In this document: positions 1 to 13,125 of the stretch, one piece after another
Layout of the letters: every line of letters starts with the position of its first letter
Numbering within the stretch: position 1 is the stretch's first letter
Source of the DNA: Felis catus
Lineage: Eukaryota
Direction: 5' to 3'
NCBI RefSeq assembly: GCF_018350175.1
Contig: NC_058368.1
Location: 214,584,001-214,648,000, forward strand
DNA length: 64,000 bases
Notes under the pieces: generated by a model
What the model was told of the DNA's origin: nothing
The model's input: only the letters and a program-made list of their open reading frames with translations
Databases searched by the model: none
Translations under genes and position numbers: made by a program

Positions 1-740
1 AATTATTTATTCTTCCTAAGACTCTTCTGTGTATATGCACATCTGTGTGTATGGGCACACCTGTGTGCATGAACCATGGAGCTGAGAATTCCTGATCATA
101 GGTATGTTGCAAGGATAACTGAGCTAATACACATAAAGTGTGTAGCAAAATGCCAGGTATTAATAGCTTGGATGATGATCATTCTGCTTTCATAGCCTAA
201 TAATTACCGAGTATATAGTCTTTTCTCTTATCACCATACTACGCTTCCATTAGAACAAGCAAATCTCTGCCATATTGTGGATATCAGGAAACAGCATATG
301 GCTCCTAGAGAGCTGCAAAGTGGGCAAAGAAACATCTTTAAACCATTCCTGAGAAATTATACTAGTAAGATATTCCTTAAAGAATGATAGAAGTCCAAGG
401 AAGACTTAGAAACGAGGTCCATTTTGTAATATGCCCAGGAAGATCCAACCCTGGTGGATTCTTATCCACTGTAGCCTGACATTTGGGGTGTCTGGCTGCA
501 CTGGATCATGTATGAATTTTATTCATTGTGGTCTCTGCATGTTGGGAATTGCTTTAGGTGTTTGGAATTCCCCAGAGGAGAGGATCCAGCCAGGTGTTCT
601 CTAAGCAATGCCAAGGATAAATAGATGCTCTCTTATGCTGTTAGTTCATAGCTCACATGGAGATAGGTCTCAGGGACTGTATCTTTATTTGTGAAGGGTA
701 AGGACCAAGCTTGGGCTTGGATTTTTCTCTGCTATTTCTT

Positions 741-953
741 CTTTTTTTTAATGTTTTTATTTTTGAGAGAGAGAGAGACAGAAAACATGCACAAGCAGGG
801 GAGGGGCAGAGAGAGAGAGACACAGAATCTGAAGCAGATCCAGACTCTGAGCTGTCAGCAAAGAGCCAGATGCGGGGCTTGAACCCACAACCTGTGAGAT
901 CATGACCTGAGTAGAAGTCAAGTGATTAACCAGCTGAGCCACCCAGGCACCCC
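741..953 (-). mobile_element. CanSINE (feliform SINEC_Fc-type), full length
   Basis: Reverse strand reads GGGGTGCCTGGGTGGCTCAG head, (CT)n tract and A-tail. Perfect 15-bp TSD tctctgctatttctt at 726-740 and 956-970. Confidence 0.95.
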
Positions 954-2859
954 AGTCTCTGCTATTTCTTTAGCTCCCCTCAAAGACAAAGTACCAGCTG
1001 ACTAACTCACTGAGGCAAGCCACAAAAAGAAAAGGGGGAAAAAATGCCGACCTGGTAGATGTGGCATGCAAATACTACCTACGTGTGGAAGAAGTTCAAA
1101 AATGTGACAAAGTAATAAAGTCTTTTATTTTTGTAAATTGGAGAAGATGCATCAGACAAAGTGAAGGAGAAAATCAAGGAAGATAAAAATATTTCTCTAT
1201 GTATAGCGGCTGTCAAAGCATTGTGCTTACGGATGCTACATTAACTGCCTCCAGCGTGCTTCTGTGCTTCTTAAGGCAGTAGAAGCTTTCAGGGCCAAGT
1301 GGAGCTGCACTTCACAGTTCCTCTTAATGAAGTCAGTGAGAGCCCTCTGAATAAAAATGCCTCAAAGGATGTGGAATGGAATGAGAATCAGGTTCACCAA
1401 AATGATAAAAAACATACAGATTAAGTAAAAGAAATTTTACCTCAGAGCATTGACAAGAATTGTCTCGGCTCCTTGGGGAGCTCAAGCCTGTGTAGGCAGC
1501 ATTCATGGTAGAATTTCCTTTCTAAAACTTGGCTTTTTAAGAGCTGCCGTAACTTGAATCAAAGGGTCTTGTGAAAACGGAAGTTGGCATTTTTTTTTTA
1601 AACTTTCTGAGTTGTTAGGGAAGCCCCTTCAAATGAAATTAACTTTAGATCCTGGAAAACAGTGTTTTCCCTATGAAACACAATTCATGCACTTCAGATG
1701 AGCTAAAATACAATATTTTATTCATTGAGTGGGTGGGGAGGGTTTAGGAATTACTTTTAAAAGAACTAAAACAGTTCAAAGCCATTTCTTAAAAATATCT
1801 TATTGCATTGTAGAAAGATCTCTCACTGCTCTTATTGAAGATTTGGTTCTGTTAGTAATGATTTCTTACCCTTGCCTACAAATTCTATGATTCATTTCTG
1901 TTATAACATTCTCTGTTTTATGAAAAGGGTTTTTTTCCTTTTAAAATCCAATCTTACCTGTGATTAGTCCTGCCCTACTTTCCCATGTCACCTTCAAAAA
2001 AGTGATAAAGCCTGAGTTTCCTCCAAAAATAGACATTATTTGAGTCTCCTTGTTTTTTAGCTATGGTGTCATTAGGGACTTATGTGGCAGTGCAGATACG
2101 AAGAAGAAATATGTCATTCGGTTCTGAGGTCAGCCTAGTCTAGGGGGGAAAGAGCAATCTGGTAGTGAAACACCCTACAAAATAATATCTCAGGTTCAAT
2201 TCACAGAAAGCTCACTGGAATTAAAAGACACAACCACCATTTTTTTTTTCCTGGTGAAGAGACCTGTATCTACCTGACCTAGATTATCAGACCATTAAAA
2301 ATGGATATGCATCGTCTGCAAAGGAAAATCATAAATTTGGGAGACTAAGAAGAAGCTTAACAGCTTTCTATTGCAACTCTTCTAATTATTTAATCTGTCT
2401 TCAATAGTTTATCCATATGGTTCTCTAGTCTTTCTAGGTACATTCCCTAACAAGAAACTCCATACTCGAGTTTGTGAGCTCTTTGGTACTGGCTTTTTGT
2501 TTTCGTTTTGTTTTTCTACCTTCACTATCTCCTGAGTCTAAATAGTGACTAGTACTTATTAAAACCTCACTAAAATTTTGTTGAATAAATTAATGAATGA
2601 AGGATCACTTTGAACTACTCTTAACATAACTGCATACTAATTGTGGCATAAAAACGTATATATGACTTACCCTCTTTCCACTTCTTCTCTCTCTGTCTCC
2701 TCTCCACTTCCTCATCCTTTCATCTGGTGGCAGGCATAGAGATCACCCATTCTGGAAATGAGGGTCTAACAGCTGTTTGTACACTCAAGGTAACTTCTTA
2801 CCTACTGTTATCATTAATGTGATTGAAGGATCCCTCTTTTAATGCAAGTTAAGGGTTTA

Positions 2860-3032
2860 CTAGTTAGGTGGCCATTTTACTTAAGTTCTGCACATCTCAG
2901 TTTTTCCATCTGTAGAATGGAGATAATAATTGCATCTACCTGAGATGATTTATGTGAAGACCCAATGCCATCTTGTGTATAAAGTACTTCAGAATAGTAT
3001 TTGACATATAGTAAGCACTTAATAAACATTAA
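2860..3032 (+). mobile_element. MIR SINE relic
   Basis: MIR core ctcagtttttccatctgtagaatggagataata and 3' end catatagtaagcacttaataaa. Confidence 0.8.
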
Positions 3033-3139
3033 AAAATTGATGTCTTATGAAAGAGCCTTTTCTGCGAGTATTCATCTTTGTCTGGTAATCATTTTCTGCA
3101 TGATTGCATCATTATCTTTCATTTTTCTCACATTGACTA

Positions 3140-3530
3140 AGCTCACATGGGAGATTCTCCCTAGGGTTTCTCACATGTGTCAGTGGGGACCGAGAGGCAT
3201 GTGAATATTTGCCTTGTTAGATGTCTGGGAGGGCACACAGCAAGGCTGGCAGTTGAAGCTGGTTGTTGTCTGGGAGCTCAGCTGAGACTCTGAACTGGAG
3301 TGTCTACATTTAGCTTCACCAAGGAGTTTGAGCTTCTCACAGCATGGTGGCTGGGTTATAAGAGCAAGCACTGCAGGGCTAGAAGCAGCAAGGCTATTGT
3401 GAACTAGCCTCAGAAGCTGTATGGCACAATTCTGCCATATCCTGTTGGCCCAAGCAGTCACATGGCTTGCCTAGATTCAAAGGGGTAGATAAACAGATTC
3501 CATCTCTGGAGTGCGGCATTGGCAAATTGT
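3140..3530 (-). mobile_element. MaLR LTR relic (MLT1-like)
   Basis: Recalled MLT1 motifs gcttctcacagcatggtggctggg, ctagcctcagaag..ttctgccatat and cagtcac..ctagattcaaagggg. Boundaries approximate. Confidence 0.7.
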
Positions 3531-4079
3531 TGCCAAACTGTAGAAAGTTTCATCAGCTATGCTATCAGAACTTTTTCTTTATATTTGAGATTAAAGTCAT
3601 TTATTATTTTTCTTCGGAAATGCTTAAGGCCATATAGAAAAGTTTAAACCCTCAAATCCTCTTTTCATATGATAGGCTTTAAAAGTCAGAAGATTGTTAA
3701 TATGATTTTAGTGAGAATTTCCCTGAATAAATATTTATAGATGCTTCAATTTATCTGTAGAAAAATATGTCTTAAAAATCTTTTGATTTTGCTCTGGTCT
3801 TAGGGATTGGATGTGGTGACTGAAATAGGTAAAAAACGGTTAAAGCAATATACCAATCATAGTTAATTTCATTAGTTTGGCTTGAATAGCACACAGTGAA
3901 CCACTGATTCACCCTGGAGTATTAGATAAACCATGCTGTTGTACTCCAAGTATTAATATCTGTAAAACAAGTAGAAATGTACATTCTGGTAAAGATTGAT
4001 AATGCATTCATCGTGGTTGGCTGCATCTCTTTTCATTACTCTTTTCCTTTTCCATGCTTCAGCTCAGAACATGGAGAAT

Positions 4080-4395
4080 TTCTTACTGGACACTTGTATG
4101 TACTGTTTCCTTTGCCTGGGATATATTTTCTTTTTTTCATTAGTTCACTTCTATTCATCCTGCAACTCTCAGTTAAGATTTACTTCCTCTGAGAAGATCT
4201 CCCTGTTACATAACGTTCGCTGCTTTTTCCATATGCTTCCATAGGGCTTTGACTTTCCTCTATCATGACTTGCAGTTGCTTGTTTACTTGTCAATTTCTT
4301 GATAACCTCTAAGTTCCATCTTTGTATTCTCAGAGCCTTGCCTGGTACATAGTGAATACTTAAAACTTGTTGGATAACTGACAGAATTAATTCAG
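4080..4395 (+). mobile_element. L2 3' end relic
   Basis: Resembles the L2 tail (gccttgcctggtacatagtgaatacttaaaacttgttgga). Strongly diverged. Confidence 0.55.
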
Positions 4396-5084
4396 TCATT
4401 CTTTTATAATTCTTACATTTGCTTTAAACATAAAGTCTTTAATTAGTTGAAAGAAGCAAGTCCGCATCATTAAATCCACTTCTATGATTTTATTTTTGCT
4501 ATCATGACAGAAAGAATAATCCTTTCTTCTAGTCCTTTTTATATTTGATACAGAATCTTGCCTAATTTTCCAATTTCTTCTTTGACATTCTTTATACACC
4601 AGAGAGCTATCAGTCTTCTTGTTTCCCAAATCCTTGTTTGCCAAGTGTGAATGTTCAAAGCCAGAATAATTTCCACATAACATATACTGCATTTTCCTAC
4701 CTAAAAGATCAAAGAAAGACACTATCCTTGGCATGATTTATTTTTGACAAATATGTGTGGCCTGCTTTAATATGTGAAAACATTTTTCATTAGGTTCCTG
4801 AGGGGGAGAATTATGTCTCACTGGATATATATCTCCGTTTTAACAAAGCATTACTCTTTCCAATTTTGTTTTGTTTTGTTTTATCACCTAGTATCTCAAA
4901 AGAATACATATTCTTAAGTATAAATGTTCCTGAGATAGATTTTACAGTATGTAATATAGGTAATTTTAAAACCTCTAACATGCTGAACCTGTTTAAGCCT
5001 GATTTGAAGTTCATTCTTGGATTTTCTTTTACAAGATTTTTGTAAGATTTACATAACATTAACTAATAACCAAGTTGATATTCT

Positions 5085-8000
5085 TTTATTTTTAATTTTT
5101 AACTTACATCCAAGTTAGCATATAGTATAATAATGATTTCAGAAATAGAATCCAGTGATTCATCCCCTATGTATAGCACAACACCCAGTGCTCATCCCAG
5201 CAAGTCTTCCTTAATGTCCCTTACCCATTTAGCCCATCCCCGACCCACAACCCCTCTGGCAACCCTCAGTTTGTTCTCTATATTTATGAATCTCTTATTT
5301 TTTGTCCCCCTCCCTGTTTTTATATTATTTTTGCTTCCCTTTCCTTATGTTCATGTGTTTTTTATCTTAAATTCCACATACGAGTGAAATCATATGATAT
5401 TTGATTTCTCTGAGTAATTTTGCTTAGCTTAATACCCTCTAGTTCCATCCACGTAGTTGCAAATGGTAAGATTTCATCCTTTTTGATTGCTAAATAATAC
5501 TCCATTGTATATGTGTACCACATTTTCTTTATCCATTCATCTGTCCATGACATTTGGGCTCTTTCCATACTTTGGCTATTGTTGATAGCCAAACATTGGG
5601 GTGCATGTATGTGCCCCTTTGAAAGAGCACACATGTATTCTTCAGATAAATACCTAGTAGTGCAATTGCTGGGTTCTAGGGTAGTTCTATTTTAATTTTT
5701 TGAGGAACCTCCATACCGTTTTCCAGAGTGGCTTCACTAGTTTGCATTCCCACCAGAAGTGCAAAAGAGATCCTCTTTCTCTGCATCTTTGCCAACATCT
5801 GTTGTTGCCTGAGTTGTTAATGTTAGCCATTCTGACAGGTGTGAGGTGGTATCTCATTGTGGTTTTGATTTGTATTTCCCTGATGATGAGTGATGTTGAG
5901 TATTTTTTCATGTGTCTGTTAGCTATCTGGATGTATTCTTTGGAAAAGTGTCTACTCATGTCTCTTGCCCATTTTTTCACTGGATTATTTGTTTTTTGGG
6001 TGTTGAGTTTGATTAAGTTCTTTATAGATTTTGGATACTAACCCTTCCTCAGATATGTCATTTGCAAATATCTTCTTCCAGTCCGTTGGTTGCCTTTTAG
6101 TTTTGATGAGTGTTTCCTTCACCATGCAGAAGTATCTTGATGAGGTACCAATAGTTCATTTTTGCTTTTGTTTCCTTTGCCTCTGGAGATGTGTTGAGTA
6201 AGAAGTTGCTGGGCTTAGGTCAGAGAAGTTTTTGTCTGTTTTCTCCTCTAGGATTTTGATGGCTTCCCATCTTCCATTTAGGTCTTTCATTCATTTTGAG
6301 TTTCTTCTTGTGTACGGTGTAAGAAAGTGGTCCAGGTTCAATTTTCTGCATGTCGCTGTCCAGTTTTCCCAACACCATTTGCTGTTGAGACTGTCTTTAT
6401 TCCATTGCATATTCTCTCCTGCTTTGTCAAAGATTAGTTGGCCATACATTTCTGGGTCCATTTCTGGGTTCTCTATTCTGTTGCATTGATCTGTGTGTCT
6501 GTTTTTATGCCAGTACCATACTTTCTTGATGATTACAGCTTGGTAATACATCTTGAAGTCCAGGATTGTGATCCCTCCAGTTTTGGATTTCTTTTTCAGG
6601 ATTGCTTTTGCTATTCTGGGTCTTTTCTTGTTCCATACAAATTTTGGGATTGTTTGTTCAAGCTCTGTGGAGAATTCTGGTGTTATTTTGATAGGTATTG
6701 CATTGAACATGTAGATTGTTTCAGGTAGTATTGACATTTTAACAGTATTTGCCCTTCCAATCCATGAGCATGTAATATTTTTCCATATTTTTGTATGTAT
6801 TCTTTAATTTCTTCCATAATCTTTCCATTATTTTCAGTGTATAGATTTTTCACCTTTTTGGTTAGATTTATTCGTAAGTATTCTGTTTTTTTTTTTTTTT
6901 GATGCAACCGTAAACGGGATCGATTCCTTGATTTCTCTTTCTGTTACTTCGTTGTTGGTGTATAGAAATGCAACTAATGTCTGTGAATTGATTTTATATC
7001 CTGCAACTTTGCTGAGTTAATGGATCAGTGCTAGCAGTTTTTTGGTGGAATCTTTTGGATTTTCCATATAGAGTATCATGTCGTCTGCAAAGAGTGAAAG
7101 TTTGACTTCCTCCTTGCTGATTTGGATGCATTTTATTCCTTTGTGTTGTCTCATTACTGAGGCTAAGACTTCCAATACTATGTTGAATAACAGTGGCGAG
7201 AATGGACATCCCTGTCTTGTTCCTGACCTTAGGGGGATAGCTCTCAGTTTTTACCCATTGAGGATAGTATTAGTGGTGGGTCTTTCATATATGGCTTTTA
7301 TGATCTTGAGGTATGATCCTTCTCTCTCTCCTTTCTTGAGGGTTTTTATCAAGAAAGCGTGCTGTATTTTGTCAAATGCTTTTTCTGCATCTGCTGAAAG
7401 GATCATGTGGTTCTTGTCTTTTCTTTTATTGATGTGATGCATCATGTTGATTGATTTGCAGATACTGAACTGGCCCTGCATCCCAGGTATAAATCTCACT
7501 TGGTCATGGTGAATAATTTTTTAATGTATTGTTGGATCTGGTTGGTTAGTATCTTGTTGAGGATTTTTGCATCCATGTTCACTAGGGAAATTGGTCTGTA
7601 GTTCTCCTTTGTAGTGATGTTTTTGTTTGGTTTTGGAAAAAAAGGTGAGTTTGGAAGTTTTTCTTCCATTTCTGTTTTTTGGAACAACTTTAAAAGAATA
7701 GATGTTAACTCTTTAAATGTTTGGGAGAATTTCTCTGGAAAGCCATCTGACACTTGACTCATATTTTGGGAGATTTTTGGTTACTAGTTTAATTTCTTTA
7801 CTGGTTATGGGTCTGTTCAAATTTTTCATTTCTTCTTCTTTCGGTTTTGGTAGTTTATATGTTTCTAGGAATTTTTCCTTTTCTTCCAGAGTGCCCAATT
7901 TATTGGAATATGATTGCTCATAATATTCTCTTATTATTGTTTGTATTTCTGCAGTGTTGGTTGTGATCTCTCCTCTTTCCTTCTTGATTTTATTTATTTG

Positions 8001-11000
8001 GGTCCTTTTCATTTTGCTCAAACTTGCTAGGGGTTTATCAATTTTTTCAAAATACCAGCTCCTGTTTTTATTGATCTGTTCTACTGGTTTTTTTTTTAAT
8101 AGCATTGATTTCTGCTCTAATCTTTAGTATTTCCCATCTTCTGCTGGTTTGGGGTTTTATTTGCTGTTCTCTTTCCAGCTTTTTAAGGGGTAAGTTTAGG
8201 TTGTGTATCTGAGACCTTTCTACCTTCTTTAGGAAGGCCTGAATTGCTATATACTTCCCTCTTATGACCATCTTTGCTGTGTCCCAGAGGTTTTGGGCTG
8301 TGGTGTTATCATTTTCATTGGCTTCCATATACTTTTTAACTTTCCTCTTGAACTTCTTGATTAACCCATTCATTCTATGGTAAGATGTCCTTTAATCTCC
8401 AAGTGTTTGTTGTCTTTCCAAATTTTTTCTTATGGTTGATTTTGAGTTTCATAGTGTTGTGGTCTGAAAATATTCATGGTATGATCTCGATCTTTTTGTA
8501 CTTGTTGAGGGCTGTTTTGTGTCCCAGTATGTGATCTATTCTGGAGAATGTTCCATGTGCACTTGAGAAGAATGTGTATTCTGCTTTTAGGATGAAATAT
8601 TCTGAATATATCTGTTAAGTCCATCTGGTCCAGTGTGTCATTTAAAGCCACTGTTTCCTTGTTGATTTTCTGCTTAGATGATCTGTCCATTGATGAAAGT
8701 GGTGGTGTTGATGTCCCCTACTGGTATGGTATTATTGTCAATGAGTTTCTTTATGTGTGTGATTAATTGATTTATATATATTGGATTCTCCAACATTGGG
8801 GGCATAAATCTTTATAATTGTTAGGTCTTCTTGATATATAGACCCCTTAATTATGATATAATGCCCTCCTTAATCTCTTGTTATAATCTTAATTTTAAAA
8901 TCTAGATTGTCCGATATAAGTATGACTACTCTGCCTTTCTTTTGGTGACCATTAACATGATAGATGGTTATCTATCCCCTTACTTTGAATCTGAAAGTTT
9001 CTTTGAGTCTAAAATGGGTATCTTGTAAACAGCATATGGATGGATCTTGTTTTCTTATCCATTCTGTTACCCTATGTCTTTCAATTGGAGCAGTTAGCCC
9101 ATTGACATTTAGAGTGAGTACTGAAAGATATGAATTTAGTGTCATTGTGTTCCCTGTAGAGTTGGAATTTCTGGTGGTGTTCTCCAGTCCTTTGTAGTCT
9201 TTTTTGCTTTCTGTGTTTTTTGTTTTGTTCATCTTTTCTCCCCTCAGAGAATCTCCCTTAAAATTTTTTGCAGGGCTGGTTTAGTGGTCAGGAACTCCTT
9301 TAGTTTTTGTCTGGGAAACTTTTAATCTGTCCTTCTATTTTGAATGACAGCCTTGCTGGATAAAGAATTTTTGGCTGCATATTTTTCTGATTCAGCACAT
9401 TGATTTTATCCTGCTACTCCTTTCTGGCCTGCCAAATTCTATGGGTAGGTCTGCTGCAAACCTGATCTGTCTTCCCTTGTAGGTTAAGGCCTTTTTTCCC
9501 CCTTGCTGCTTTCATCATTCTTTCCTGTGTATTTTGTGAATTTGACTATGATATGCCTTGTTGAGGTCGTTTTTTTGTTGAATCTAATGAGAGTTCTCTA
9601 TGCTTACTGGCTTTTGATGCCTGTGTCTTTCCCTAGGTTAGGAAAGTTTTCCACTTTGATTTGTTCACATAACGCTTCTACCCCTTTTTCTCTCTCTTAA
9701 TCTTTTGGGACCCCTGTGATCCAGATGTTATTCCTTTTTAATGAGTCTCTGTGTTCTCTAATTCTTATATCATGCTCTTTTGCCTTAGTGTCCCTCTTTT
9801 TTTCTGCTTCCTTATTCTTCATAAGTTTGTCCTCTATATCACTGATTCGCTGCTCTGCTTCATCCATTCTTGCTGCTGTGGCATCTATTTGAGACTGCAT
9901 CTCAGTTATAGCATTTTTAATTTCATCCTGACTAGATTTTACTTCATTTATTTCCACAGGAAGGGATTCTATGCTTTTTTTCAAGCCCAGCTACTATTCT
10001 TATTATCATGTCTGGTTTAGATATCTTGCTTGTATCTGTGTTGATTAAGTCCCTGGCTGTCATTTCTTCCTGTTATTGGGGTGAATTCCTTCGTTTCATC
10101 ATTTTGGAGGAAGAAAAAGAATTAATAAAATAAAAAATTAAAATTAAAAAATTAAAAGCAGCACAAAAAATCAAATAAATGATGCTAGATCCTACGTGTG
10201 TTTTGGTCTGGTTGTTGAATGAAGCTTGATAGAATAGAGAAAAAAGAGAAAGAAAAGAAAAGGAAAAAAAAGAAAGAAAAGTAGGAAAACTTTAAAATTA
10301 AAAAAATGAATACAATAAAATAGAATAGAATGAAATGATGAAAGTAAAATAGAATAAAAAATACAAAAAAATTAAAAATAGAGTAGAAAAGTTAAAGAAA
10401 ATTCTTTTTTATTTTATTTATTTATTTAAAAAAATCTTTAAATGTTTCTTTATTCTTCAGAAAGAGAGACAGAGCATGAGTGTGAGAGGGGCAGAGAGAG
10501 AGGGAGACACAGAATTGGAAACAGGCCTAGGCTCTGAGCTGTCACAGCACAGAACCTAATGTGGGCCTTGAACTCATGAGCTGTGCAATCATGACCTGAG
10601 CTGAAGTTGGACGCTTAACCAACTGAGCCCCTCAGGTGCCCCAAGAAAAATATTTTCTATAAAGATGGAAAATAAAAATAATTTTTTTCTCTTTCTGTAT
10701 TCAAGAATAAGAAAAGAAAAAGAAAAAAAATCGAATAGATGGATCAGCAAACAGAATGAAATATGAATGAAATTATATCCAGTTTCCCCTAGAAGTCAAA
10801 CTATGAAGCAATTTATAGTCTATACATTAAGCAGGCAGAGAGACTTGTGCTAGTCCTCTAGAGCTTGGTTGGCGCAGTTGGATGGAGTTTGGTGTAATGG
10901 CTCCATTCTCCACTAGATGGCACTGCTTAGCTTATTAGGGTGGATTGTTGTGGTGCCTGTCATGTGTATGTGCAGTGCAGGAGAGGTGAAGCATCAGAAC

Positions 11001-11996
11001 TCTGTGCTCTTGTGAACCAGGAATCAAGCACACCTCCTTTGTCTCCCGCTTCTGTCCACTCCCTGCTTCCACTGTCCATAACCAAACCATCAGCCTGCCA
11101 GGCAGCACCTCCCTCCTAAATTTTATCTCAGATGGGGCTGTGTTTCCAAACCCCTCACTTCTGAGGGCCCTGTGTCTTTGACTCGCTCTGACCCTCTGGG
11201 AGAGGGTCTCACCAAGCAGTGGCCAGGTGCTGGCCCATCCCCCGGAATGTTTGCATGACCATGCTGCTGTAGATGCCCAGAGACTGTGGCCGGGTGCCAG
11301 CCCACCCCAGAAAAAGTTTGTGCAATTGTGTGGCATCAGTGTTTCATCGATTATGGTAAATCACAACACACATCTGGTGTCAGGGTTTACTGCCCCCTAA
11401 TGTCCTTGTTCCCACCCCAGCAAATGTGGCTGTTCTCCAGGGTCCATTGGGACCTTTGCCTGTGGGGAGACCACATGGCCTCTACCAAATGTCCTCTCAT
11501 CAGGGGAATTGCTTCTCCCTGTGTGTCTTGAGGACCCCTTGGATCTCACTGTCTTCTCCTGGAGATTTGCCCTTCCCACCAGAGCTCTGATAGGTATCGA
11601 GCTGTGGAGTTTCCAACTCTGCACTCTCCTGTTTATAGAGTCCTAATGGTATTTAAACCCTCTCCTTTCTCTTTTCTCCCTTTCTTGTTCAGTCCATTAT
11701 GGGTGTGGAAATATGGGTGTTTCCACTCTTTCTCATTCTCTCCAGTTGCTTTTGGGGGGAGTGCTTTTCCTGTACTCTTCCCCCATGTCTCCATCCTCTC
11801 TTTGCAAACAAAAACAGTTCCCTACCTTCCACAGCTTCTCTCTCCCCCAGTTGATCAAGTTATATAGATTACTGTGGTAATCCTCAGATCAATTTTCTAG
11901 GTGTGCAAAAATGGTTTGATGCTGATCGAGCTGCATTTCAGGGTTGAGAGAAGCAGAAAACTTCCATGTTGCTCTGCCATCTTGGCCTCTCGCTCT
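5085..11996 (-). mobile_element. Full-length older carnivore/felid LINE-1, decayed
   Basis: A-tail at ~5085-5100. Fragmented ORF2 ([42 protein letters not shown]) and ORF1 (ATG 10102, coiled-coil ORF 9697-9984). 5' YY1-like CCAAGATGGC at 11976-11985. Degenerate TSD caagtNNNtattct at 5071-5084 and 12001-12014. Many frameshifts; CpG-depleted 5'UTR. Confidence 0.97.
10409..10642 (-). mobile_element. CanSINE nested in the 5'UTR of the older L1
   Basis: SINE head/body/tail on the reverse strand. Imperfect TSD aagaaaattctttt / aagaaaaatatttt inside the L1's T-rich 5'UTR tract. Confidence 0.92.
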
Positions 11997-12429
11997 ATAG
12001 CAAGTCAGTATTCTAAAATTTAAATATCCTTTATTCACTTTCCAAATTAGCTGATTGATCTGTATTTTCTTTTGTTAATTTCATGTATTTTCAATTCATT
12101 TACACAAATGTTTTTCATTTGCTTTTTGTGTTGTATTTTGTGGTGTGGCATCTCTGACATTCTTTTATTCATATTATTTTTTTATGACATCTTGCATAAT
12201 TGTGACTCTTCATTATTCAGCTCTTAGAGAAACTCAAAATTAAAACTCATTAGCTTGCTTGCTTCTTTATTTCCACATATTTTTAGGGAATTATAATGAT
12301 ATATAGCTCCTTCCCCACCCCACCCCCACTTCTTTGCTAACAAAGAGCCTCAGACACCTCTGTGTTGCTTAAGCAATGATTGGAAAACATTTTTTTTTAC
12401 TCTTCCTTTTCATTAACTCTCTATATGAA

Positions 12430-13125
12430 ATAAATCTCAAAATACTCTTCATTGTGTTTCCTCAATATCTCTTGTATTAGTCTCTCTCTCCTCCCCACTG
12501 CTACTGTCCCACTGGGCTTTTGTCATTTCTCATCTACCTTAGTGAGAAGACCTCCTAACCATTCCTTCTTTCCCATTCCATAATTTCTCCTACCAAGTGA
12601 CCTTTCCAGAGATTATTTTGGAAACCTCATCATTTTAGTTCCTCATATGTAATCACCCAGTTATTTCCAATTCTGTTGGAAAATTCCAATTCTCTTGGAA
12701 AAGTTAATGTTGCTTAATGTATGATTAGGCTCTAGCCCTACTGAATTTGTTTTTATGTCTTCAAACAAATCTTATTCTTTTGCCCTCCTGATCTCATGAC
12801 CTTTGGCATATAGTGGTTCCTTTGGCTGGAAAACCTCTCTTCCTTAACCCCACTGCCCCACCCATGTTTTGTTTCTTCCCAAAGCCAACTCATCCTCAGG
12901 TCTCAACTTCAAAAAGCCTTTGAAGCCCACCCTTTTCTCCCAAGTAGGAGGTTCAGTTGCCAGTCTGTGTTTTCCCTTGAAGTCTTCTCCTTTCCTTCTC
13001 CTCTCTCTTAGTGCACTGAACTCGTATGGTCCCTTGGCTGTACCTTCTACCTTATTGGAAATTCTGTGAGGTTACCTTGTCCCTGATTCAGAGCATATAA
13101 TTGTTATTTGTAAAATAAATTATTC
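12430..13125 (+). mobile_element. L2 relic
   Basis: Pyrimidine-rich L2-like sequence (ctccccactgctac..atttctcatctacc..cctcctaacc; tcctttggctggaaaacctctcttcc). Boundaries approximate. Confidence 0.55.

Noticed and set aside
691..942. Short ORFs over SINEs (also 25904, 30824, 32838, 45885)
   Set aside because: Translations of CanSINE consensus sequence, not genes.
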